A DNA stretch of 64,000 bases, taken from Octopus sinensis (taxonomy: Eukaryota). Below, one piece after another: positions 27,400-38,059 of this stretch (position 1 is its first letter; the number at the start of each line of letters is the position of its first letter). The stretch lies in contig NC_043002.1 in NCBI RefSeq assembly GCF_006345805.1, positions 25,854,001 to 25,918,000 on the forward strand, written 5' to 3'. The position numbers and the translations under genes were made by a program. The notes beneath the pieces are model-generated. The model saw nothing but the letters and a program-made list of their open reading frames with translations, ran no database searches and had not been told where the DNA came from.

Positions 27400-28558
27400 C
27401 TATCCACAGCGGACAGCTTTAACGACGTCAACAATAGCAGCATCAACGACACCCCCGACGGCACCATCACTAAGATTGACTAGAGGAACTTGGCCTTCAA
27501 CACTAGTCTGACCAACAGTTTCCCTGATGTCCACAGTAGCAGACCTGCCAATGCCAATACTGGCAGACCCAGTAACAGACCCAGTGCCGACACCAACTAT
27601 ATCGGCAACAACACCAGCAGCTGCAGCAGCGGCCCTAGCAGAAGCACCAGCATCAGCTCGTCTAATGAGACCTCTGGCAGCAGTGGCGCCCTCTACCACC
27701 ATCGGTGAAGACCGAAATAATAATAATAATAGTAACAACTTTAGTCACAGTGTTAGCAACAACAGTGCCTCCTCTGTAACCAGCAACGGCGATAACACTA
27801 CCAATGCAACCACCACCACCACCACCATCACCACCACCACCTACGCCAACACCAACAGCTCCAGCAACAACATCGTCGACGACGACAGCACAACAACAAT
27901 GGCAGCAACAACAACATCGGCGACAACATCGACAGCATTAGTAATAAATCAACAGGTGTATTATCAGCAACACACGCAGGGGCGGTAGCATTACTGATAT
28001 GACCACTACCTTCAGCTGTAGCAACACCAGCATCCCCAGCTCCAACATCATCAGCATCAACATCAACAACATCAATAGCAGCAACAACAGCAACGGCATC
28101 GATAGCTACAACTAGAACAACAGCAGCGGCAGCAACAGCAGCGGTAGCAACAACAACAACAACAATAGGTACAGCACCGGCATCGCGCGTCCACGAAAAT
28201 ACATTGGTTGTACTGGAAATCCGTTCAAGAAACGATTTTCCAACCATAAATCCTCCTTCAGAGTCCTGGAAAGGGGATACGTTACATCGCTGGCCAACTA
28301 CGTCTGGCAACTAATAGACGACAGTGTTCCACACTCGATCTCATGGAAAATCCTCGAAAGCCCAGGCCCCTACATCAACGGGACGAGACACTGCAAGCTA
28401 TGCTTAGCCGAATGCATGAGAATCCCAAAAGACTCACTCGAACCAGGGACTATAATTAACTCCAGAACGGAGATTTTCGGGCCATGTTTGCATTTTAGGA
28501 GATTTCTGTTGGCATTTTGGGATCGGCAAAATGGCGGCACAGCCGGAAGTTGATAGCT
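27400..28558 (+). pseudogene. Asn/Ser/Thr-rich decayed ORF leading into a Naiad-like GIY-YIG endonuclease domain
   Basis: Stop-free frame 28116-28553 reads KYIGCTGNPFKKRFSNHKSSFR...SLANYVWQL.....ISWKILE....Y.NG..HCKLCLAE.......INSRTEIFGPC.H.RRFLL; no RT motifs upstream. Confidence 0.7.
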
Positions 28559-28886
28559 AACGGGAAAGGGGGATGATCCCTATTGTTTACCCTCATAGCT
28601 GAATGTTGGCGGTCCGGCCTGAAGTCGATAGCCATTAGCAAAGGGAGATAATCCCCTTGTTTACATCTGCACTTCTATCGAGACTTCTCCCCTCCATATT
28701 TCAAAGAGTTCTTAGGTCAACAGGTCTTGAGGTCTGACAATACGCCATAAAGTTAAACCAGTTATGGACGGGAAACCCAGGGTAACCCCATAAACAGGCC
28801 TTCAGCAAGAAAAAAATATATTCATATATACATAAGTATAATATATATATATATATACGAGAAAGAAGCAACAAGAATGGATAGGT

Positions 28887-28974
28887 TTTTAGTACGATCG
28901 TTTCATACAAGGACAGGTTTTATTAAGTTGCAAAGATTACAGCATATAACGAGTCCCGTACTCATCAGCTAAAA
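28887..28974 (-). ncRNA. Type I hammerhead ribozyme fold
   Basis: TTTTAG-CTGATGA-GTACGGGAC...GTCCTTGTAT-GAAA-CGATCG-TA-CTAAAA; 6-bp stem I, G.U at 10.1/11.1. Confidence 0.7.
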
Positions 28975-29360
28975 TACATGTAAGTTCTCTAGACATCCTA
29001 GTGTTTGAGGCTATACTCATGAAGTAATGTAGATAATTAAACAGATTTCTAAAGTTCATTAAAGTTCTTTAAAGATGATGCATAGTCTTATCACAGAATT
29101 TTAAAAAAGTTTTGGTAGCATCACAGAGAAGGTGACCTAATCCATATGAATTTCCATAGATATGATGAGGGATTATATACTCACAGAAGACAAATTTATC
29201 CATTGTTATTAGCATTACAGAGAGGGTGAATTATCCTTGTATATATGCACAGATTCCAATGGTGTAGATGTAAATTTCCAGAGAAATGAAAATCTGTTTA
29301 ATTATCTACATTACTTCATGAGTATAGCCTCAACACTAGGATGTCTAGAGAACTTACATG

Positions 29361-29451
29361 TTTTTACTGATGAGTACGGGACTCGTTTTATGCTGTAATC
29401 TTTGCAACTTTTAATAAAACCTGTCCTTGTATGAAACGATCGTACTAAAAA
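29361..29451 (+). ncRNA. Hammerhead fold with weakened stem I
   Basis: Same motif, but the G of the 2.1-1.1 pair is lost (TTTTTA-CTGATGA). Confidence 0.55.
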
Positions 29452-30121
29452 CCTATCCATTCTTGTTGCTTCTTTCTCGCTTATAATCACCCCACATTAC
29501 TGTATTGTTATCAGTATAGTTTTTTTTTGGTGCATCTAAGTTAGGTACCATATTCAAGTAAATTTTTTAAATTAACTTGAATCTTTATTGCTCTTTATAT
29601 ATTAATATATATATATATATCTATATATATATATATATATGCAGACATATGTATGTAACGTTTCATTTTTATTTAAGTTTTATCTGTGCGTTGTTTTATT
29701 TCAATGCACTGTATATTTCAGAAGCAAAATCTGAAAGTCTCCAAGGCTCCCCATAGATCTGACATCGCTTAGCTTTTATTAAATAAACGTTAATATTGCT
29801 TGGCATCTATAAAACAAGTAATATTTCTGCTACTTCTTTGTTGATTATCCCCTCAAGATGATTCAATCCAATCTTAAATATAAATCTGTTGGCCATTAGT
29901 GAGAGATGTCTGTCGGGAGTTACGAAATTAATTCTGTGCGTAGACGTTTGGTGTAAGACGATAAGGACAGTTTGAAAGGTTAAGCGATGTTAGCGCTAGA
30001 ATTCTGTATATACATTCTCTAGTGTTATTTTGCCCTATAAAGATCTTTGCTAAATCAATTACTCCAAGAATTTGTTTACAATTATTTTATATACGTACGA
30101 GCACATATATGCGCGCATATG

Positions 30122-30179
<58 letters not shown>

Positions 30180-30374
30180 CTACAAGCCCATATACACAAA
30201 CACACAAGCACATATATAAATATATACGTATCTCTGCATATATATATATATATATATATGTATGTATATATGTATATATACATACATGTATATACATGTA
30301 TGTATGCATGTGTGTATGTTTGTATGCTTGTTAGATGAAGAAAGTTTATGTGCAAAACTAAAACAAAAGGAGAA

Positions 30375-30610
30375 TCAGCAGTCACTAGTAAAGCATATAA
30401 CTGGAACTGTAATATTTGCCAACGTATATTTTCCGGCAGATCAGTCAATGCAAACCGCCTGAACGCTCATGAGAATCAAAAGGCATAACTAGATCTAGAT
30501 CATGTGGCAACACTGCCGGCGCCACCTGACTTTATTACATGTTCTGTCTGTTTCAAAACATGCAAGACCAATCCTGGTCTAAAATGTCATCTCAAGGTTC
30601 ATCAACAACG
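30375..30610 (+). pseudogene. 3' end of an RTE-like LINE (C-terminal C2H2 finger)
   Basis: ATLPAPPDFITCSVCFKTCKTNPGLKCHLKVH, resembling the terminal CxxC..GL.SH..H motif of RTE ORFs. Confidence 0.55.
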
Positions 30611-31198
30611 GCCACAAACTAGTGAAATTAATCCTGTGCTGATACAGCATCACATATGTCTCACTCCCTCTTTCTCCTTTACTCTCTCTCTCGTTGCTCA
30701 CACGTGACCAGCGTCCATCATTCTTTTCCTCATGTGATCATCTTTCTTTTCTTTCATGGCTATCTTAAGGACTGGACGTATCCTATACCTCTCTCTTCTA
30801 TCTTTTCTCTTGTCAAAGAAAATATTTCTCCAGTGTTTGCTATTTTACCCTCATTCTGGTCTAACGATCCTCCATGATTGTTTTCGTTCGGTTTCTTTGT
30901 ATGTCTCCACTATCCTGATTTTGTTCGCAACTTCGACGCTCCATAAATCCCCAAATTTATTTTGGTACTTATGGAGCAACTGTCTTCGAAGATCCATATT
31001 GTCGTTCAATGTTCGAAATGAAGAGTAGATAGACAGCCGACAACTGATGAATAGTCGTTCTTTATGTAACTTGTCCTGTTTTCTATTTGTTTCTCCCGTT
31101 GGTGTATTGAACTCATTTGTTTTTGTATTTCATGTTGTTTACTTTTAGTGACGTCCTGTACCTATATATGTATATATATATGTATGCATACATAATTA

Positions 31199-31602
31199 CA
31201 GAGAGATTGAAAAGTAACACCCTATTTTAAAATACATATAAATTATTTATTAATTGTAATTTTTACAAAAAAAAAATGGATAAGAGAAGAAGGCTTTTAG
31301 CATGAGGTTTTTAAATTCGATATGGACTCTTAATGTGGCCACTATCTTTTTGAGTTACCAAGGAATTATGTCAACCGATTTCGCTAGAAACTCTCGTGGG
31401 ATGTAAAGTCGGGAGTCCTGGCTTTCCACTCATGCGGACCACAAAGATTCATCCATATCCTGGGGCGGTGGACATTCAGCCATTCACGAACAAATGCAAT
31501 ACGATTACAGATTAAATTCTCATACTTCAAAAACAAATGCAAAAAATTTGAGAAAAAATTACAATTATAATTATTTTAAAATAGGCAGTTACTTTTCAAC
31601 CA

Positions 31603-31607
<5 letters not shown>
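31199..31607. mobile_element. Internally deleted Tc1/mariner element
   Basis: Imperfect TIRs ..TTGAAAAGTAAC...CTATTTTAAAAT flanked by TA; minus strand reads VREWLNVHRPRIW...GPHEWKARTPDF, resembling W..RSPDL. Confidence 0.7.
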
Positions 31608-31660
<53 letters not shown>

Positions 31661-31661
<1 letters not shown>

Positions 31662-31777
31662 TAAATAAATGGAGTTGAACGAAGATGTTATTAAAATTCT
31701 TTTACTTTCGACATATGTTTCGAAGACAACATTGGTTATCGGTAAACAAAGGATAATTCATTCATCCATTTAAATAT

Positions 31778-31785
<8 letters not shown>
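31661..31785. mobile_element. Miniature family A/B remnant: inverted 3' half-hammerhead plus direct 3' tail
   Basis: Minus strand GTCTTC-GAAA-CATATG-TC-GAAAG, followed on the plus strand by GGATAATTCATTCA as at 4917. Confidence 0.65.
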
Positions 31786-31838
<53 letters not shown>

Positions 31839-32204
31839 TCACACACATACATATATATATTTATACATATACACATACATAATACACATTCAATAATATT
31901 TTTTGCTAGTCTATTTTGTCCCTCTGTCTTATCTCATGGTACGATATGAACATTTTAACGTGGTTTTTAAAGTCACGGTTTTGACTGCTATTTCGGCATG
32001 GTGGTGTCTCTCAGACACCCTTATTTTAAGTTGTAAAAAAATTATTACCTTTGTACGGTATTTTCCCCATGCTGGCCAAATGATAATATCGATATTTAAA
32101 TACCGATATTATCCTTATTTACAAAAAAATACATATACACATACATATATATTTTTATGTATATATGTATATAGTATATATATGTGTATATATATGTATG
32201 TATG

Positions 32205-32246
<42 letters not shown>

Positions 32247-32254
32247 AATCCAAA

Positions 32255-33070
32255 CGGGAAAACAAAAAAACAACAACAGTGGAACAATTACAGTATTATT
32301 ATTAATAGGCGCTCAGGAAATATGGAAGCAGGAAGGTATGACGTTTCGAGCGGAGCTCTTCGTCGGAAACATAAAGAAGGAAGAGAGAGGAAAGAAAGAT
32401 CCCAAAGTGGGCAACAGGAGATGGAGAAAAAAACGACTGGTGTTTACGAAGTACACATGGTGAAAGGCGGAAGTTTACGATAACAAGAGCAAAGTAGGTT
32501 TTTAAAGCAAAAAGAGTGGAGACAGGGTTGGTAACGCAACAGATGTGTGTGTATGTGTGAGTGTGTGCGTGTGCGTGTGTGTATGTGTGTGTGAGGCGAG
32601 ATAAAAAAACAAAAAATATATGTATGTGTTAGTGTGTGCGTCTGTGTGTAGGCGTGTGAGGTAGGGCGAACAGTAGTAGGCAACAGACAAGTGGTCAGTA
32701 GTAAGAAAATGAAGGGAGGAGGAAGGGAGGGAGGGGAAGGGGTGGGGGCGTATGTAGCGTGCCAGCGTGTGTTGAGTAGTAGTGTGTGTGTGTCCAGTGT
32801 CGTGGTAGTATTAATGGCGAGTAGATTTGAATGTGTGTAAGAGTAATGTATATATTTAAGCAATGTGTGTGTGTGAGTGGGTGTATGTATGTGTGCGCGT
32901 GTGTGTAACAAAAAAAGGGGGGGTTAAGGAAAAAGGACTCCAGCTGAGGGGAAGATGGAAGAGTGGTCCCGCGGAGACGGGCGTGGGAGAACCCAACGAC
33001 AGGCGACGGTCCCAGGAACGAGCGGGAGGTCTCGTCGGGTCCAAGAGCGAGGTGCATGCAGCGCGTATGC
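32255..33070 (-). mobile_element. Family P-related non-coding element with a hammerhead-like motif at 32335-32372
   Basis: Minus strand CCGACGA-AGAGC-TCC-GCTC-GAAA-CG-TC followed by CCTGAGCG as in the 12.9-kb copy. Confidence 0.55.
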
Positions 33071-34310
33071 GTGCGCGAACCGGCGCAAGCGCGTGCGTGC
33101 GCGCGCCTGCGAGTGTGCGCGTAAGTATGTTTGTGTGTGGATGTGTGAGTGTGTCTGTGTGTATGTCTGGGTGTCAGTGTGTCCGATGAATGTATGTGAG
33201 TATGTGTGTATATATGTGTGTGCATAGATGTATGTCCGTGTGTGTGTGTGTGTATGTGTATGAGTGTGTATGTTTGTACGTGTGGGTGTGTGGAAGTGTG
33301 TGTATGTGCATGTGTGTGCGCGTACATACAGGTGTGTGAGTGAGTGTGTGTGTGTGTATGTATGTGTGAGTGTGTATGTATGTGTGTGTAGGATGCATGT
33401 ATGTGTATGGGTGTATGTATGTGTGTGTGTATGTATGTATGTGTACGTGCGTGTGTGTGTGTATGCCTGTAGGTGTGCGCGTGTGCATGCATGCATGCAT
33501 GTGCGTATGTCTGTGTGTGCATGTGTGTGGGTATATATGTATGTGCGTATATGTGTGTGTATGTGCGTACATGTGTGTGTGTGTGTGTATGCATGTGTGT
33601 GTATGTAGGTGTGTAGGCGTGTGTGTATAGGTGTATGTATGTAAGTATGTATGGGTGTGTCCGTGTATGTGTGTGTATGTATGTGTGTGTATGCAGGTGT
33701 GTGGGCGTGTGTATATAGGTGTATGTATGTCTGGGTGTGTCCGTGCATGTTTGTGTGTGTGTGTGTGTATGCATGTGTATGTAGGTGTGTGTGTACGTGT
33801 GTAATGTATGTGTGTATGCGTGTGTGTGCGTGTGTATGCGTGCGTGTGTGTATGTAGGTGCGTATGTATGTGTGTGGGAGTGTAGGTGTGTGCGTGCGTG
33901 TGCGTGTTTATGTTGGTGTGTGCGTATGTGAGTGTGTGCGTATGTGAGTGTGAGTGTATGGGTGTTTGTCATGCATGTGTGTGCGCGTGCAGGCGAGTGT
34001 GTGTGTAAGTATGTGTGTGTGTATGTTTGTGTGAGTGTGTATGTGTGTATGTCTGTGTGTATGTATGTGCGTATAGGAGTATGTAGGTATGTGTGTGTGT
34101 ATGTGTATGGGTGTATGTATGTATGTGTGTGTGTGTGTGTGCATGTGTATAAGTATATGTGTGTGTGCGTATGTGTGTGTATATGTATGTGTGTGTGTTT
34201 ATGTATGTGTGTATGTATGTGTGTAGGCGTGTGTGTGTAGATGTATGTATGTATGGGTGTGTGTCTGTGTGTGTTTGTGTGTGTGTGTAATATATATATG
34301 TATGTATGTA
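33070..34310. repeat. ~1.2-kb cryptic (TG/TATG/CG) low-complexity tract
   Basis: Scrambled TG-based repeats; source of the His/Thr and Cys/Val ORFs. Confidence 0.9.
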
Positions 34311-34667
34311 AAATATATATATATATATATTTCAAGTCACACGAAGCAGCGTTGAAGAAGAAGAAATTGTTTTCGGTATTTCTGTAAAGTCATACTGAAC
34401 ACGTTCGAGAACATTGGGATATGAAAAGACTTTTCCCTGCAGGAATAGCCTTGAGAGACAATTCTCCTTCAAGACGACTTGCTACAAAATACATTGGGCT
34501 TTAAACGACGTCCTTGGCTCGTAGGACCTATGCATTCTCAGCAGGGCAGAGTTATTAATCAATTTTATGAATGTCAAAATTGCCTGAAACTTTGCCCGGG
34601 AGCAGACATGCAAATTTCAAGACAAGTGACTGAACCTTGAATCGACCAAGATAAAGATATTTTGTGA

Positions 34668-34769
<102 letters not shown>

Positions 34770-35112
34770 ACACACACACAGAGTGAATGCTCCATCTTCA
34801 GGGTTAATTGCTCTCTCCACGTGCCTCCTAGTTGTCAATAGCATTTCTGATTTCTGTCCATGACTGTTCATATGACCATTCAGTCCCGTTGCAATCTAAA
34901 CGGTTTAAAGCAGGGATTCTCAACCCCTTTGATTATTATTTTATTCTAGTGGACCTCATATCTATTCAATGTTTAAAAACTAGCTTTATAGAAACTTCTT
35001 TCAAAATTCCTATTTTGTTTTTCATACATTAATTCGTGTAGGTTGAACTATGTAAAATGTTAGAGAAAGAAACCCAGATGTTTCTTGCAAAACATATCAA
35101 TATATACATCTA

Positions 35113-35346
35113 TACTCTTTTACTCATTTACTTGTTTCAGTCATTTGACTGCGGCCATGCTGGAGCACCGCCTTTGGTCGAGCAAATCGAGCCCAGGACT
35201 TATTTTTGTAAGCCTAGTACTTATTCTATCGGTCTCTTTTGTCGAACCGTTAGGTCACGGGGACGTAAACACACCAACATCGGTTATGACGCAATGTTGG
35301 GGGTACAAACACAGACACAAAAACATATACACACACGTACATACAT

Positions 35347-35380
<34 letters not shown>

Positions 35381-35556
35381 GTATATATATGTATGTATAT
35401 ACGACGGGCTTCTTTTAGTTTCCGTCTACCAAATCCATTCAGAAGGCTTTGGTCGGCCCGAGGCTATAGTAGAAGACACTTGCCCAAGGTGCCACGCTGT
35501 GGGACTGAACCCGGAACCATGTGGCTGGTAAGCAAACTACTTACCACACAGCCACT
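35113..35556 (-). mobile_element. Dimeric SINE (C/D)
   Basis: Colinear with 15695-16148. Confidence 0.85.
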
Positions 35557-35689
35557 GAGCAAAATTTTTTCAGGCATCATCAAAATACTGTTGTGGATCC
35601 CTAATTTATTATGTTGTTGTGTAGACCCCCAAAAATCTTATATGGACCCTGGTTGAGAACTACTGGTTTAAAGCATGGGTGACAGGCAA

Positions 35690-36345
35690 AGTTGAAACTT
35701 ACTGTGCGTTTCCAACTAGTAAGGTCTGCACGCATCACCACTCTTCTATCGCTATGGGACTTTCAGTAGAAGAAATGACAAATGAGGTAATTATTATAAA
35801 GAAATCTGTACATCATTGGATTAGCACCTAGTGACAGACCGAAGCGAGATGACAAGTTATCACGTGAAACCACAGGTTTTGCATCGGTGTTCATCTCCAG
35901 AAGAATGCTGTGATAACAATAAGTCCTTCATTCCTGGTGGTTTTATTATCCGCCATGACACAAACCAACCTCCACAGAGAATACTTTGTTGACTGCCTGA
36001 CAACAGGGGATTCAGTGGATGGAGATGCTGCTCTTGCTGCTGAAAAAGGGGTGTCATCAAACTTTCTTGGTTGACTTGCATTTCTTGGCCTATACAGCCA
36101 GCAAAAATAGATGCTCAGCTCAAACAAGTTAACCTATAAGCTGTTTGGAGCACTTCATAAGTTTCTGTAGCGTTTTTATCAGTTTAACAAAAACATTTTT
36201 TGCATAGTGAGCTTCCAAATTATCTTCGCGTACCCACCATGTTTAGCGAACTAGTCAGCTCTAACAAGCAGGGTTTAGCAGGCTATGTTGAAAGGGCTAT
36301 TACAGCTATCTCCTTGAGTCTGGAATAACGAAAGTTGGCAGCGCA
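35690..36345. pseudogene. Rearranged, decayed mariner transposase N-terminal region
   Basis: Minus strand KNATETYEVLQTAY...CLS*ASIF resembles mariner K.ATETY.ML..AYG..CLSR..VF; a plus-strand piece LSVEEMTNEV...KKSVH resembles the second HTH. Confidence 0.5.
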
Positions 36346-36357
36346 GCTATTTCGATG

Positions 36358-36358
36358 C

Positions 36359-36406
<48 letters not shown>

Positions 36407-36619
36407 GTAACAATAATAATAATAATGATAATAATAATGATGATGATGATGATGATGATGATGATAATAATAATAATAATAATGATAATAATAATAATAA
36501 TGATAATAATAATAATAATAATAATAATGATATTAATAATAATAATGATAATAATAATAATGATAATAATAATAATAATGATAATAATAATGATGATGAT
36601 GATGATGATGATGATAATA

Positions 36620-36676
<57 letters not shown>
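36358..36676. repeat. (AAT)n/(GAT)n microsatellite
   Basis: Directly visible. Confidence 0.95.
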
Positions 36677-36677
<1 letters not shown>

Positions 36678-37231
36678 CTGATTGGAAGTGTTATCAACTG
36701 ATTGGAAGTGTTATCTGATCTTAACTGATTGGAAGTGTTATCATGTACATTGTTTTGTCTTGGTATAAAAGATGGGCTACAGCAAATATTCTGCTCAATA
36801 CCACAGATTTGCTTGTCAGTTGTTTGACCTTAACCAGTTGAGCATGTCCCTTAGTGGCTGACGATATGTGCATCTCTGATCACGAGCAGAAGTAGTGGGG
36901 GAGCATCATAGCCATGTGTTGAGAGGGATTCTTTGGGGTTTGAATAATTCACCTCTGGAAACATGGGTGGTTTTTTCAACATCCTTAAACAACCCTTATT
37001 CAGGGACCGTTTGAGCGGGATGGGCTACTCAACCCGAAGAAAATTCTAACTGGGCCCCACCTGCAAGGTCATGTGCTGTTTATCTTGATATGAGATCACT
37101 ATGTCGCGCACATTTGGTTGTGATGCATGTGCCTGGTGTACCCTTATCAGACGGGTAGTCATGATGGGTATATTGGGCTTCGTATATTTTACCCCAGTGT
37201 CACTTTGATGGCATGAACTGCTCTCTCACTC
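36677..37231 (+). mobile_element. 5'-truncated non-coding retroelement 3' end with (AAT)n tail
   Basis: Starts with a triplicated 20-mer, ends CTCTCTCACTC-(AAT)n, and lies between two AAT arrays. Confidence 0.55.
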
Positions 37232-37286
37232 AATAATAATAATAATAATAATAATAGTAATAATAGTAATAATGATAATAATAATA

Positions 37287-37337
<51 letters not shown>

Positions 37338-37371
37338 ATGATGATGATGATGATAATGATAATAATTGACG

Positions 37372-37642
37372 AATAAGCGTTCACCTCCAGAGCGTCGGCT
37401 GCGGGGTCATTCCGAAAAGCTCTACCTGCGACGATTTCATCTCAATCGAAGGAGAGGAGCTTTCTCCGTCCGGGTTGCGGATCCGTGGAACAAGCTGCCA
37501 GACGAGATGGTGAAGCTGCCGACGACCGCTTTGTTCAAAGCCTCCCTTGACATCAAGTGGCCTGAACTCTTTACATGAACACCACCCTGTACTTAACTCC
37601 ATGTCCCCCTACATGGCCTTGCTATTTGCTTTTGAGCCAAAT

Positions 37643-37722
<80 letters not shown>
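37372..37722 (+). mobile_element. 5'-truncated CR1/L2-clade LINE with (CTAA)n tail
   Basis: RLRGHSEKL...RRGAFSVRVADPWNKLPDEMV......FKASLD is the typical CR1/L2 ORF2 C-terminus; short 3' UTR, then the tandem tail. Confidence 0.85.
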
Positions 37723-37985
37723 CTTTTGCCGAGCAACCTGCACAAATGATTTTTTTTTATAGTGATCAAATGTTCATACTGCACATTAGCTCATTCTCTT
37801 CATCAAATTGAGGGTATTTGAACAGGTGCACTGTGTACCACGTGTCAGGTATCGAAGTGATCGCAGAGCAACGTGAGATGAACTGTTTTGCTCAAGAACA
37901 CAATGCACCATCTTGTCTAGAAATTGAACTCACGATCTAGTGATCATGAGTTCAACACTCTAACCACTAAGCCATGCGCCCTCAC
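37723..37985 (-). mobile_element. tRNA-derived SINE related to family A
   Basis: Minus head GTGAGGGCGCATGGCTTAGTGGTTAGAGTG...GTGAGTTCAATT...TGTGTTCTTGAGCAAAACA. Confidence 0.75.
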
Positions 37986-38059
37986 ACACAACAACAACAA
38001 CAAAAACAAAAACAACAACGATAATTTATAATAATTATAATTATAAAATTAAGAAACAT

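Larger units (their letters stand above)
28858..29479. mobile_element. Fold-back element family D: ~190-bp inverted arms (28858-29048, 29290-29479) around a ~240-bp spacer
   Basis: Arms are near-identical reverse complements and each contains a hammerhead fold. Confidence 0.85.

Noticed and set aside
32695-34335. 546-aa His/Thr-rich ORF and overlapping Cys/Val ORFs
   Set aside because: Translation of a cryptic TG/CA tract that lacks stops by composition; no domain or splice evidence.
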